Shown piece after piece: positions 10,323 to 23,192 of a DNA stretch of 64,000 nt. Where the stretch lies: UHGV virus genome UHGV-0042229; one strand, given 5' to 3'. This stretch comes from a virus. The notes beneath the pieces were generated by a model. It saw only the letters and a program-made list of their open reading frames with translations. It made no database searches and was not told the DNA's origin. Position 1 is the first letter of the stretch. Each line of letters begins with the position of its first letter. Made by a program: the position numbers and the translations under genes.

Positions 10323-10505
10323 TTAAAAACTGATGTATTGCGCCTTCAGGTGGGTCAGGAATGTTTTCCCACCAGCGAAAGCAATATCTCGGGGTGTTCT
10401 GTTCGTTAAAAACGCGTTCCATTGCCAACTTTGGCGTTTTTTAGCGAGTTCGTGCTTTTGTTGGCGTTTGGACCACCGCTTTTCTTTCAGTCGTTTTTTA
10501 CTCAT
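10323..10505 (-). CDS. small basic protein
   Basis: 60-aa Lys/Arg-rich ORF immediately downstream of ssb. Confidence 0.3.
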   Translation of the reverse strand: MSKKRLKEKRWSKRQQKHELAKKRQSWQWNAFLTNRTPRDIAFAGGKTFLTHLKAQYISF

Positions 10506-10510
10506 AAACT

Positions 10511-10999
10511 CTAAAACGGAATATCGTCTTCAAAGTCCATTGGAGGTTCGTTATTGGCGCTGCTCTGAGGTTTGCCACCACCGCTGTATTGCTGGTGGTT
10601 TTGAGGTTGGTTTGACTGCCCCCAGCCATTTGAGGACTGTGAATCGTCGCGGCGAGCGCCGATCATTTGCATGGTGCCGCCCTGGCTGACGATAATTTCC
10701 GTCGTGTAACGTTCTACACCGGCGTCATCTGTCCACTTACGGGTTTTAAGTTTCCCTTCGATGTAGACCTGAGAACCTTTTCGTAAATACTCACTCGCAA
10801 TTTCAGCAATTTTTCCGAACAAAACGACTTTATGCCATTCTGTTTGCTCTTTCTGTTGGCCTGTTTGCTTGTCGCGCCATGATTCATTCGTTGCGATGCT
10901 GAGTCTTCCGACTGCTCCGCCATTTGGTATATACCTGATATCTGGGTCTTGTCCCAGGGTACCTATCAGGATGACTTTATTTACACCGCGTTGTGCCAC
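10511..10999 (-). CDS. ssb: single-stranded DNA-binding protein
   Basis: OB-fold N-terminus ([23 protein letters not shown]...), Gly/Gln-rich linker and acidic tail DFEDDIPF. Confidence 0.9.
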   Translation of the reverse strand: MAQRGVNKVILIGTLGQDPDIRYIPNGGAVGRLSIATNESWRDKQTGQQKEQTEWHKVVLFGKIAEIASEYLRKGSQVYIEGKLKTRKWTDDAGVERYTTEIIVSQGGTMQMIGARRDDSQSSNGWGQSNQPQNHQQYSGGGKPQSSANNEPPMDFEDDIPF

Positions 11000-11018
11000 T
11001 TATCTCACCTAATAAAAT

Positions 11019-11035
11019 AAATTAATTAGAGCAAT
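11019..11035 (-). promoter_or_regulatory. C1 operator (1 mismatch to ATTGCTCTAATAAATTT)
   Basis: AAATTAATTAGAGCAAT on the + strand, 20 bp upstream of the ssb start. Confidence 0.6.
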
Positions 11036-11168
11036 AATGTATATCTTTGAAACGTAGCTAACAAGTGATTTGCATTATCCTGTGCCTTCTAAAGGGATCG
11101 AGTCAGTCGGTATTGGCTGTGAATGAGTGTTTGTCCTGGAGCGTAAAAAATTCGCTTATGAGGTCTTT

Positions 11169-11726
11169 ATGAAGGGAAAAACAGCCGCAGGAGGCGGTGC
11201 AATTTGCGCTATCGCGGTGATGATTACCATCGTGATGGGTAATGGCAATGTGCGAACCAACCAGGCGGGGCTTGAGCTGATTGGTAACGCTGAAGGTTGC
11301 CGACGTGATCCATACATGTGCCCGGCGGGGGTATGGACTGACGGGATCGGTAATACACACGGGGTAACGCCGGGTGTGCGAAAAACCGACCAGCAAATCG
11401 CCGCTGATTGGGAAAAGAATATCCTGATCGCTGAACGCTGTATTAATCAGCACTTCCGGGGCAAAGACATGCCCGATAATGCCTTCAGTGCAATGACAAG
11501 CGCGGCATTCAATATGGGATGCAATAGCTTACGGACCTACTACAGCAAAGCGCGAGGCATGCGAGTAGAAACGTCCATCCACAAGTGGGCGCAGAAAGGG
11601 GAATGGGTGAATATGTGTAACCATCTCCCTGATTTCGTGAACAGTAACGGCGTGCCCCTGCGAGGTTTAAAGATTCGCCGTGAAAAAGAACGCCAGCTTT
11701 GCCTGACGGGGCTTGTCAATGAATAA
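11169..11726 (+). CDS. lyz: SAR endolysin (lysozyme with N-terminal signal-arrest-release TM domain)
   Basis: MKGKTAAGGGAICAIAVMITIVMG... hydrophobic N-terminus then lysozyme core (GNAEGCRRDPY...); P1 Lyz is the prototype. Confidence 0.85.
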   Translation: MKGKTAAGGGAICAIAVMITIVMGNGNVRTNQAGLELIGNAEGCRRDPYMCPAGVWTDGIGNTHGVTPGVRKTDQQIAADWEKNILIAERCINQHFRGKDMPDNAFSAMTSAAFNMGCNSLRTYYSKARGMRVETSIHKWAQKGEWVNMCNHLPDFVNSNGVPLRGLKIRREKERQLCLTGLVNE

Positions 11727-12017
11727 ACTCCGGCAGCTCCGCCGACTTTCGACAATGAAGTTATCGCTGGCGGCGATAGTTTTTGACTCGATTTTCATGG
11801 CGGTATATGTGCTCAATGAGACGTGGCCACTGGAACCGCTATTGTATGCCGGGCTTCGGCTGTGCCTGACATTTTTGAGCATGGCTGCGAGATTGATGCA
11901 GCAGAAAGAAACCGCTTCAGATTGTCCACGCCGCGCGGTGCGCAAATATATGGCACGCAGGCGAAGGCGATAATAGTTAACGAGAACCCCGGCAGCTGCC
12001 GGGGTTATTTTTGGTGG

Positions 12018-14748
<2,731 letters not shown>

Positions 14749-14815
14749 TTAATTAGAATAATTCGCATCGTGTTTGAACGGAAATTTAACACTAGTCACT
14801 TGTTAAGGATTACCA

Positions 14816-17800
14816 ATGAACAAGCTATCTATGGGGGTGTTTCGCTGTTCAAGTGTCAGCGAAATATTGAAATACATTAGGGCAATAACATCTCACCGAG
14901 CGCCGATTAAATACGGCGTGGAAAAGGTGGAAGGCAAAAGCTATGACCGACTGCGCCGTGAGGCGAATCAGAAGGCGATAGATTTGCTTAATTCGCTGGT
15001 GGACGGCGCGACACTGACAGATGAACAGCGCCAGATCCTGGCTGGGTACACCGGTGAAGGCGGCATTGGCGGGTCCGTCTCCGAATATTACACACCAAAG
15101 CCGATCGCTGAAGGTGTCTGGGAGATCATGAAGCTCTACGGCGCGGACGTAGGTAACACTCTGGAACCATCGGCGGGAACCGGCGTTTTTAATGAGACAA
15201 AACCGGTTGGTACGGTGATGACCGCGACTGAGATCAGCAGTGTTTCCGGTCGTATAAACCAGCTGTTGCACCCGGAAGACAGCGTACAGATTTCTCCGTT
15301 CGAACAACTGGCTGTAAGCACGCCTAACGATTCATTCGACCATGTTGTGGGTAACGTTCCGTTCGGTGGTCGTGATAACACACGCAACATCGATAAGCCT
15401 TACGCAGAAGAAACGGACATGGGTTCTTACTTCATGCTCCGCATGCTGGACAAGATAAAGCCAGGCGGATTCATGTGCGTGATTGTGCCGCCGTCCATTG
15501 TTTCAGGTTCAAACATGAAGCGGTTACGCCTGCGCCTATCACGGAAAGCTGAATTTCTTGGTGCCCACCGCTTGCCTACCGGTACTTTTGACGCAAACGG
15601 GACCAGTACAGTTGTTGATGTGGTGCTGATGCGCAAACATCCGGCAGAGATGGCTGAGAAAATCCCCCTGGTGGATGAAAGCACTCTCGAATCGGCAAAT
15701 GTGCTTTGGCCAACGTTTATTTCTGGCAAGTGGTTTGAAAAGGACGGCCGCCGGTTTGTTCATGGCACCCAGGAAAAGGGCTTCCAGGGGCGTATTGAGG
15801 TTCGTGCCGACGGTCAGATTGATAACCAGGCTCTTAAAGCGAAGCTGATTCATCGTTTCGAAAGCCGTATCGACTGGTCTTTGCTCGATATGGCTGAACC
15901 GTCACCGACCGCAGACGTTGTTGGTGAAGGGGAAATGCGCCTGATTAATGGCGTATGGCAAAAATATGCTGGTGGTCGCTGGATTGAAGCTGATGCCGGG
16001 AAGGAACTTAAGATCGATGCTGCCAGTTATGGCGCGGATAGCTGGGAGGCTCTTCAGCGTAACCTGACTACAACAGAAGGCCGTCTCGGCATGACATTTA
16101 CCCAGATGGCAAATGTCCGCGATAAGTACACCACATCAATCAGCGACGATATGGTGCAGCTGGTGGACTGGATTAACAGCCAGCCTGAAAAATACCGTGA
16201 ACGCTTGTATCGCGGGGCGATGATTGGCCGGATGTTAATTGAATATCAGGACATGAAGGCCGCCGGGCATAGTGCTGAACAAATCGAACAGCAGCGCCTT
16301 TCTCTGGTATCCCGTTTGCAGGCAGAGATTGACCGTTTTGGTAACCCCGGTCGCGGTCCGATAGCGAAATTGTCGGGGAGCGGTGCGCGCGCCTGGTTTG
16401 CTTTCCGTGGTGCAATTAAGCTGGATGGCACTATTTCTGACGAGCTGACAGGGAAGCTGGTTACGCATGATTCCAGCGCAAGTTATGACTCCACCAGCTA
16501 TCAGGACACCCTGCGTTATCTCTATAGCGATCTCACCCGCGATCCAATCCAGCTCGATGATTTCCGCCTTGCGTTTACCGGCGAACTGCCAGCCAGTGAT
16601 GAAGAGTTGCTTAATTTATTGGCCAGCACCCCTGGTATTGCGGTTTCACCGTATGGCGGGATTGTTCCGTTCGCCCGCGCCACCAGCGGCGACATTAACG
16701 AGATAGTGGCTCCAAAACAGGAATTCCTCGCCACACTCCCCGACGGTCCAGTAAAGAACAACGTCCTTAATCAGCTGGCAGCTATCGAAGAGAAGCGCAT
16801 CAAGACGCCAGCAGAGAATATCCGGTTTAAGCTCAATAGCCGTTGGTTCGACCGTTCCGTCATTCTGGAATTTTTGCAGGAAAACGGCTATCCGGATCTG
16901 CGCTATGTGCAGTCAGTGCAGCTGGAAGGCGACGAAATGGTTTCTGACACCTATCACGGTGGTGATGGTCTGTTCGTCGGGCACCGATACGGTGTCGTCC
17001 AGCGCAAGGATAAAGAAACAGGTGAGATTCGCTACGAGTGGGACCGTAAATCAGGTGAAAACGCGACCGGGTTCCCGGCACAGCTGGAAAAGTATCTCAA
17101 TGGTGCGCGTATCGGTGGCAAAGATAGCGCGACGGCGAACGGCTACCGCGAGCAGATGGCACTGCTTGAGGACCAGTTCAATAAGTGGATCAAGACGCAC
17201 GATCGCTACGATGAGCTGGTTGCCAAATACAACGATGTGTTCAATAGCAATATCCCGTATGAACACTCTGGCGATCCGCTTGGGTTGAAGGGATTAAGCG
17301 GTAAGCGCCAGCCATTTGATTACCAGAATAGCGAGGTGCGCCGACTGTCCGAAGATGGGCGCGGCATCCTGGGCTTCGGCACCGGGCTGGGTAAAACCAC
17401 GACCGCGCTGGCGCTTGAGGCGTTCAACTATGAGAACGGTCGCTCCACCCGTACTGCGTATGTAGTGCCTAAATCAGTGCTGGAAAACTGGTATTACGAA
17501 GCAAAAGAATTCCTGAGTGAAGAGGCATTCAGTAACTACCTGTTCGTCGGTCTTGATGTGCTGATGGATGGCGATCAGATTCGCCAGGTGCAGGTGCTCG
17601 ATGAGAACGGTAAACCTGTTCTTGGTACTGATGGCACTCCAGTTATGCGCGATGCTCTTAAGCTGGCAGATGAAGCCACTATCACGGCGCGGATGAACGC
17701 GATCCCGCACTCAAATTACCGTGCAGTCGTGTTTACCAAAGAACAATACGCCCGCATTCCGCTACGTGATGACACCGTAGATGAGCATGCACAGGATATG

Positions 17801-20800
17801 CTTTATGACTTCGTTGCCGCCGGACGCGTAGCCAGCGCAATGGACTCCGACTCCCACCGCAAAGAGGCCGCGCGTCGCCGGGTATTGTCGGAGTATTCAG
17901 ATACCGGCACCGAAAAAGCAGAGAAGTATCCGTACTTTGAGGATATGGGCTTCGATAGTGTGATCGCTGACGAAGGTCACAACTACCGCAATAGCTATAA
18001 AAATGGTCGCGAAGCGTCACAACTGGCCTATCTGCCCACCAGCGCGGTGGCGCAATCGGCGCGAGATATGGCAATTAAAAACGCGTACCTGATGAAAAAG
18101 AATGGTGGGCGCGGGCCGGTTCTCCTGACTGCAACGCCAGTCGTTAACACCCCGATCGATGCATACAACATGCTTTCTCATGTTCTGCCGAAGGAATACT
18201 GGCAGAACATGGGGATCTACGGTCCTGATGACTTCGTTAAATTCTTCGGCAAGACCAGGCTGGAAACGGTACAGAAAATTAGCGGTGAAGTTGAAGAAAA
18301 AATGGCGCTGGTGGGCTTTGAAAACCTTGATGCGCTGCGCGGTATATTCCATCGCTGGGTAACGCTTAAAACGGCGGAAGACGTTAAGGATACCGTGGAG
18401 ATCCCGGAGCTGGACGAACACCAGCAGGATGCACCACTTACTGAAGAACAACTGGCGGCGTATGAAGAATTGCGTCAGCAGGCGGAAGCGGCGGCCAAAG
18501 CCAACAATGGCGTAACGACCTCGGTCAATGAAGACGGCGTGATTGAGCACGAGAAAGCCCGTCCGATCTTCTCAATAATCAGGGATATGGACCGCGTATG
18601 TACTGACATGGACCTGTACTATCGCCGGATCACCTATCGTTTCCTGCCGGAGTACGCCGATGCGGTGCAGCAGCTGGCGGACAGTTTGCCTAAACAAGCC
18701 ACCAGCGAAGACGACGACAGTGATGATTCAATCACGCAGCAATCGCAATACTCCCTGATAGATAAGGGCGAGTTTATTCAGTTGCAGGTTCCGGAAGCGT
18801 TCGAGCAGGAAGTGAATAAGCGCCTGGCCAGGTTTGGCATTGACGAACAGACCGTAACTCACCCCGTTACGCCCAAATACGCGAAGCTGATTGCCACGCT
18901 GAAGGAGTTTTTCCCGGAAGGGAAGCAAATCATCTTCACCGACGAAAAAACGCAGCACCAGAAGCTCAAGCGCATTATCTGCAATGTTCTTAACCTTGAA
19001 CCTTCAAAGGTAGGGATCCTGAATGCTCAGACGGTTGCCGAGGCAGGTAAAACCGGTAAGAAACTGAAAGCGGTTAAACCGCCGAAAGAGTTACCGGATG
19101 AACCAACAGATGCACAGATAGCGAAATACAACGAGCAAATGGCTCTGTATGACGCCTATATCGCGCAGCAAAATGAAATGTCGTTGGGCGGTCTGGAAAA
19201 GATTGCAGCCGACTTCCAGGAGGGCCGGACTCCGATCATCATCTGCAACAAAAAGGCAGAGGTGGGTATCAACCTGCATCGAGGAACGACTGACATCCAT
19301 CATCTGACGTTGCCATGGACTCCAGCCAGTATTGCGCAACGAAACGGTCGCGGTGCCCGAGTTGGCTCCAACCGTGCAAGCGTTCGCGTTCACTACTACT
19401 GCGGCAAGGGTTCTTTCGATGAATACCGACTGAAGACGCTGAAGCGTAAAGCAGGCTGGATCTCCGATATCCTCCGTTCAGATAAGTCAGAAATGGAGAA
19501 CGCCGACGCCAACGATATGATCGAAATGCAGATGTATACCGCTAAGGATGATGGCGAACGTCTGGCAATGATGCAGGTTCAAATGGATAAGGCGAAAGCT
19601 GCGAAACGCGCTCGCCAGAAAGAACAGGCTACTATCGACCTTCAGAACTACATCAAGGCGCAGCACGCAGCTGGTGAGGATGTGGAGGTACTTACCGCTG
19701 AATTGGAGCGAAGCAAAGCGGAACTTGAAAAGACCACCGCCGACGTCGCCAAATTCAAACAGGCGGTAATGGCCAAAGCAGCTGATAACGCAGACTGGAA
19801 GGCCCGCTGGGGGAGCGTCCATCACACAGACCGTATGTTGTTAGCACAGTATCGCGCGTCGTTGAAAAACGCCATTCAGCGCAAGGCTAATATCTCTCAA
19901 GCCATCTCCCGCTATGAGAAATTATTGAACCGTACTCAGAAGGCCGCGACGGATATCAAACGCCTGCGCCCGCTGGTGGAGGATGCAATAAATAAAGGCA
20001 TTCTGGATGTTGATCCTGACCTGGTTAACCATGCGAGTGAGTTCCTTGTTATCGGCGATCGCTCATGGCGTGTAGGCCAATACTACGATTGTGCCGGTGA
20101 TATCGTTCGCATTAAGTCGCTGGACTTCGACAGCCAGCGCGCAGACGTGGAGATCATCTTTACCTTCAAAGGCACCAAATCGGGTAACTGGGATGTGAAG
20201 ACGCTGGATAAACAGGTGGATGTAACTCCCGATGAAGATGCTGTTATGCAGAAAATCAGTGGTGGCGTCTCCATCGCCGGGATTAACGACATCATTTCCT
20301 GTGACGATTTCTACCGTTTCCAGCAGCGCGGCATGATCAAAATAACTGACTCGTACGGCGTTCAGACTACAGAGTCAGGCTATAGCATTGATTTTGTTGG
20401 TACCTATACGGACCCACTGAAGCATGCGGTTTACCCGGATCGCCGTGACGGCGCGCTGAAGTCGTCAATTGCAAAATGGGTGCTTGGTATGATGTCGGAA
20501 GGGAATAACCGCCAGATCCGTTCGGCAGAAACATTCCTGGTTGAATTGTTTGGCTCCAATTATGGCGATGTAATCGCGTCATACGGAGATACGCTATCCC
20601 CTGAAGCAATTCAGGAGAAAATAGCGGATGCGATCGCCAGAATGCCGGAAAAAACAAGCCAGGGGGCTACTCGTAACGGGGATTCTGAACTTGAAGTCAC
20701 CAATGCCATTTTCGGTACCAATGAGTTCCGGGCGTCAGATTATGAGATCACCACAGCACAGTTTGGCACCATTGGCATTTACAGCAATAAAGCCGAGATC

Positions 20801-21583
20801 AAGCAGGCAATGGACGCAGCAAGCGCGCGCATCGCAGCAGAACGGGAAGCCAATCTGAATCATGCAGTCGCCGCGCTGACTCAATCGTGGGTAACAGCAA
20901 TCAGGGAGGCCGCCACCACAGGGAAAATCACACCTGCAATAGCGGATGTCGTAAACGACGGCTCTAAATTTATGGATGCCTATCAAATGGATGCGGTGAA
21001 GTTGCCATCAGCCTATGGTCAACTCAGCTATCGCATGACCTACAACCTGGTATCAATGTTTTCCGACCTTGCCATCCTTGGGCTGGTGGATCTTAACGAG
21101 GTTACGCCGGAATTGCTCAGCATGCGCAAGAATCATGTGGAGATATTGCAGAGAATTAACACGGTTCTTGCCGGGCGCACCGATGAAGAGAAACAGGCCG
21201 ACGCTGATCGGATAAACCTAGCCCTTGGCAACATCACGGAGGAAGAGATTGCCGCCAGAAACGAGAAACAAGAAGAGTTATCATCAATACAGGGTGATGC
21301 CACCAGCATAGCTCAGTCTCTTGGTCTGAATTATCGCGTATCCACCGCCGACCTGAAGATGATGTACGCACCAAAATTCGCCGCTGGCGAGGTATTTGGG
21401 CTTCAGGAAGCCTCAGGCATGAAAGGCGTTCTTTTCCGTGCGAAAGACGCAATCAAGGCGAAATTCGGCGCTCGCTGGCTGCCAGCGAAGGCGAAGAACA
21501 GCGATTTCCCGGGTAACTGGTGGATTATCGAGACAAAACACAACGTGGCGGACGTTCTGGCCGTCATCCAACAATACGCATAA
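14816..21583 (+). CDS. darB: DarB antirestriction protein (N6-adenine methyltransferase domain fused to SF2 helicase)
   Basis: 2255 aa; MTase-like motifs EPSAGTGVF and GNVPFGG; helicase motifs GFGTGLGKTT and VIADEGHNY; length equals P1 DarB. Confidence 0.8.
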   Translation: MNKLSMGVFRCSSVSEILKYIRAITSHRAPIKYGVEKVEGKSYDRLRREANQKAIDLLNSLVDGATLTDEQRQILAGYTGEGGIGGSVSEYYTPKPIAEGVWEIMKLYGADVGNTLEPSAGTGVFNETKPVGTVMTATEISSVSGRINQLLHPEDSVQISPFEQLAVSTPNDSFDHVVGNVPFGGRDNTRNIDKPYAEETDMGSYFMLRMLDKIKPGGFMCVIVPPSIVSGSNMKRLRLRLSRKAEFLGAHRLPTGTFDANGTSTVVDVVLMRKHPAEMAEKIPLVDESTLESANVLWPTFISGKWFEKDGRRFVHGTQEKGFQGRIEVRADGQIDNQALKAKLIHRFESRIDWSLLDMAEPSPTADVVGEGEMRLINGVWQKYAGGRWIEADAGKELKIDAASYGADSWEALQRNLTTTEGRLGMTFTQMANVRDKYTTSISDDMVQLVDWINSQPEKYRERLYRGAMIGRMLIEYQDMKAAGHSAEQIEQQRLSLVSRLQAEIDRFGNPGRGPIAKLSGSGARAWFAFRGAIKLDGTISDELTGKLVTHDSSASYDSTSYQDTLRYLYSDLTRDPIQLDDFRLAFTGELPASDEELLNLLASTPGIAVSPYGGIVPFARATSGDINEIVAPKQEFLATLPDGPVKNNVLNQLAAIEEKRIKTPAENIRFKLNSRWFDRSVILEFLQENGYPDLRYVQSVQLEGDEMVSDTYHGGDGLFVGHRYGVVQRKDKETGEIRYEWDRKSGENATGFPAQLEKYLNGARIGGKDSATANGYREQMALLEDQFNKWIKTHDRYDELVAKYNDVFNSNIPYEHSGDPLGLKGLSGKRQPFDYQNSEVRRLSEDGRGILGFGTGLGKTTTALALEAFNYENGRSTRTAYVVPKSVLENWYYEAKEFLSEEAFSNYLFVGLDVLMDGDQIRQVQVLDENGKPVLGTDGTPVMRDALKLADEATITARMNAIPHSNYRAVVFTKEQYARIPLRDDTVDEHAQDMLYDFVAAGRVASAMDSDSHRKEAARRRVLSEYSDTGTEKAEKYPYFEDMGFDSVIADEGHNYRNSYKNGREASQLAYLPTSAVAQSARDMAIKNAYLMKKNGGRGPVLLTATPVVNTPIDAYNMLSHVLPKEYWQNMGIYGPDDFVKFFGKTRLETVQKISGEVEEKMALVGFENLDALRGIFHRWVTLKTAEDVKDTVEIPELDEHQQDAPLTEEQLAAYEELRQQAEAAAKANNGVTTSVNEDGVIEHEKARPIFSIIRDMDRVCTDMDLYYRRITYRFLPEYADAVQQLADSLPKQATSEDDDSDDSITQQSQYSLIDKGEFIQLQVPEAFEQEVNKRLARFGIDEQTVTHPVTPKYAKLIATLKEFFPEGKQIIFTDEKTQHQKLKRIICNVLNLEPSKVGILNAQTVAEAGKTGKKLKAVKPPKELPDEPTDAQIAKYNEQMALYDAYIAQQNEMSLGGLEKIAADFQEGRTPIIICNKKAEVGINLHRGTTDIHHLTLPWTPASIAQRNGRGARVGSNRASVRVHYYCGKGSFDEYRLKTLKRKAGWISDILRSDKSEMENADANDMIEMQMYTAKDDGERLAMMQVQMDKAKAAKRARQKEQATIDLQNYIKAQHAAGEDVEVLTAELERSKAELEKTTADVAKFKQAVMAKAADNADWKARWGSVHHTDRMLLAQYRASLKNAIQRKANISQAISRYEKLLNRTQKAATDIKRLRPLVEDAINKGILDVDPDLVNHASEFLVIGDRSWRVGQYYDCAGDIVRIKSLDFDSQRADVEIIFTFKGTKSGNWDVKTLDKQVDVTPDEDAVMQKISGGVSIAGINDIISCDDFYRFQQRGMIKITDSYGVQTTESGYSIDFVGTYTDPLKHAVYPDRRDGALKSSIAKWVLGMMSEGNNRQIRSAETFLVELFGSNYGDVIASYGDTLSPEAIQEKIADAIARMPEKTSQGATRNGDSELEVTNAIFGTNEFRASDYEITTAQFGTIGIYSNKAEIKQAMDAASARIAAEREANLNHAVAALTQSWVTAIREAATTGKITPAIADVVNDGSKFMDAYQMDAVKLPSAYGQLSYRMTYNLVSMFSDLAILGLVDLNEVTPELLSMRKNHVEILQRINTVLAGRTDEEKQADADRINLALGNITEEEIAARNEKQEELSSIQGDATSIAQSLGLNYRVSTADLKMMYAPKFAAGEVFGLQEASGMKGVLFRAKDAIKAKFGARWLPAKAKNSDFPGNWWIIETKHNVADVLAVIQQYA

Positions 21584-21616
21584 CAGGAGCGCCCGGTTCG
21601 CCGGGCGTCGCATAAT

Positions 21617-22057
21617 ATGGCCACACTATCTGATACAATAAAACCGAATAAAACATATCTTGAGGCGGTACTGCGTACGGCATTGTTAGGAAAGACAGAA
21701 GACGAATACGTTGATTTCTTCCTGTCAGGGCTACGCGGGCGATTACTGAAAAATCCCCGCCTGTACCGCAGCTATGGCCCATACTGGCCGGAAATTAAAA
21801 AATTATTACTGGAGCGCGGTTATGGTAATTTCGGTCGTCTCGTTGACCGTGACGTTCGCAAAATTTACCGTTATGACCGCCCGGCGCTAACACTCATAGC
21901 CGCGACGCTCTACAGCCAGGAGCGTTTTGATAATGGTCAGATATACTCAGCCTGGCATTTACTGCCAGTGCCTGAAGAAGTTGACGACCAGGACTATGAG
22001 TTTGAGTCTTACGATTTGGAAGTTGAAGCCTTGGCACAGGCTGGAGAGAAAACTTGA
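21617..22057 (+). CDS. hypothetical protein (Ulx-like position)
   Basis: 146-aa ORF immediately downstream of darB. Confidence 0.4.
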   Translation: MATLSDTIKPNKTYLEAVLRTALLGKTEDEYVDFFLSGLRGRLLKNPRLYRSYGPYWPEIKKLLLERGYGNFGRLVDRDVRKIYRYDRPALTLIAATLYSQERFDNGQIYSAWHLLPVPEEVDDQDYEFESYDLEVEALAQAGEKT

Positions 22058-22302
22058 AAAAGCGATACTACACAGTAAAGCATGGGACGCTACGAGCATT
22101 ACAAGAGTTTGCTGATAAGCATAACGTTGAGGTGCGCAGGGAAGGGGGAAGTAAAGCTCTGCGCATGTACCGTCCGGACGGGAAATGGCGTACGGTCGTC
22201 GATTTCAAAACTAACAGTGTTCCCCAGGGCGTCCGCGACCGGGCATTCGAAGAATGGGAGCAGATCATCATAGATAATGCATTGCTTCTCAATGCTGATT
22301 GA
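22054..22302 (+). CDS. hypothetical small protein (Lxc-like position)
   Basis: 82-aa ORF overlapping the upstream stop by 4 nt. Confidence 0.4.
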   Translation: MKKRYYTVKHGTLRALQEFADKHNVEVRREGGSKALRMYRPDGKWRTVVDFKTNSVPQGVRDRAFEEWEQIIIDNALLLNAD

Positions 22303-22310
22303 GTTTTGTT

Positions 22311-22335
22311 GGCCCGGTTTGCACCGGGCGTTTCA
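22311..22335 (+). terminator. possible terminator hairpin
   Basis: GCCCGGT-TTGC-ACCGGGC followed by GTTTCAC, between convergent genes. Confidence 0.3.
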
Positions 22336-22384
22336 CAAACAATCAACTGGTTTGTAGTTCCTGCGGCGAGATGAATTATTAATA

Positions 22385-22993
22385 TTATCGTGGTGCCGAT
22401 GATGCGATAGCCTGTATGATGTTATCAATATCGTTATCGTTCAGCATGAATATAGGTACACCATTAGAGTTTGCATTTTTTTCAGTGCTCATCAAACAAA
22501 GCCCCTCATACATGCCGCGAGTTTTTTTGAAATTGGCGACTGATGGAGTGGTGTAATTTCCTTTAAAGTGCATTCCGGCTGATTCATAAAAAGGAACCAA
22601 ATCAGACTGGCAAATCAAAGCGACCTCATTTGGAAATGCAAGTATTTCTGCCAGTATATTACTTCCAAGTCCATTACCACGATATTGCTCATATACATAT
22701 ATTTTATGACAGTACAACGGAAAATTTCCCGATGGATGTCCGAAGATTAAGGCGTATCCGAACAAGTTTTCTTCATTAGTAAAGCCCATAATGCGCAAAT
22801 GACCGGCTCGGTAACACTCTTCAAAAACGTTAATTATGTAGCTTCTCGCTGCTTTCAGCTCCTCTTCTGTCGGGAACATCATCAACCCCATAAGCGATGG
22901 AGTATAGACCAGATCCTGAAGAATCCCATTAGCTTCATTTTCGAAAATTAGCGGTAAGTGCGGTACAATTTCATTTGCCGAGGTATTAGACAT
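22385..22993 (-). CDS. GNAT-family N-acetyltransferase
   Basis: Acetyl-CoA-binding motif YEQYRGNGLGSNIL; gene and flanks are conspicuously AT-rich. Confidence 0.7.
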   Translation of the reverse strand: MSNTSANEIVPHLPLIFENEANGILQDLVYTPSLMGLMMFPTEEELKAARSYIINVFEECYRAGHLRIMGFTNEENLFGYALIFGHPSGNFPLYCHKIYVYEQYRGNGLGSNILAEILAFPNEVALICQSDLVPFYESAGMHFKGNYTTPSVANFKKTRGMYEGLCLMSTEKNANSNGVPIFMLNDNDIDNIIQAIASSAPR

Positions 22994-23192
22994 AGTATGG
23001 TGAGTCCTTTGTTTTCAAAGGACTCATGTTATCAGTGATAATCGTTTGTTGTAATAGTGTTGATAAAATAATTTTCTATTATGTAAGCAAGCTCATTTTT
23101 ATGACGGGTAATGCAAAAAAAAATAGAATCAAAAAACTAAAAAATAATAATTCATGGGGTTTTACACCATCAAAAGTCCCCACTATAAATTA

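Noticed and set aside
11713-11973. 86-aa plus-strand ORF overlapping the end of lyz
   Set aside because: No RBS, Arg-rich low-complexity C-terminus, convergent with pro; probably not coding.
14849-15307. 152-aa minus-strand ORF, and many similar antisense ORFs inside darB, ddrB, hsdR and dmt
   Set aside because: Fully embedded antisense within long, well-supported genes; treated as frame artefacts.
21589-21608. GC-rich hairpin (CGCCCGG-TTCG-CCGGGCG) after darB, considered as a terminator
   Set aside because: No U-tract follows and the next gene starts 9 bp later; more likely a processing or stability element.
23173-23189. Operator-like AAATTATTAGAAATAAT in the AT-rich GNAT upstream region
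   Set aside because: Five mismatches to the consensus and expected by chance in very AT-rich DNA.
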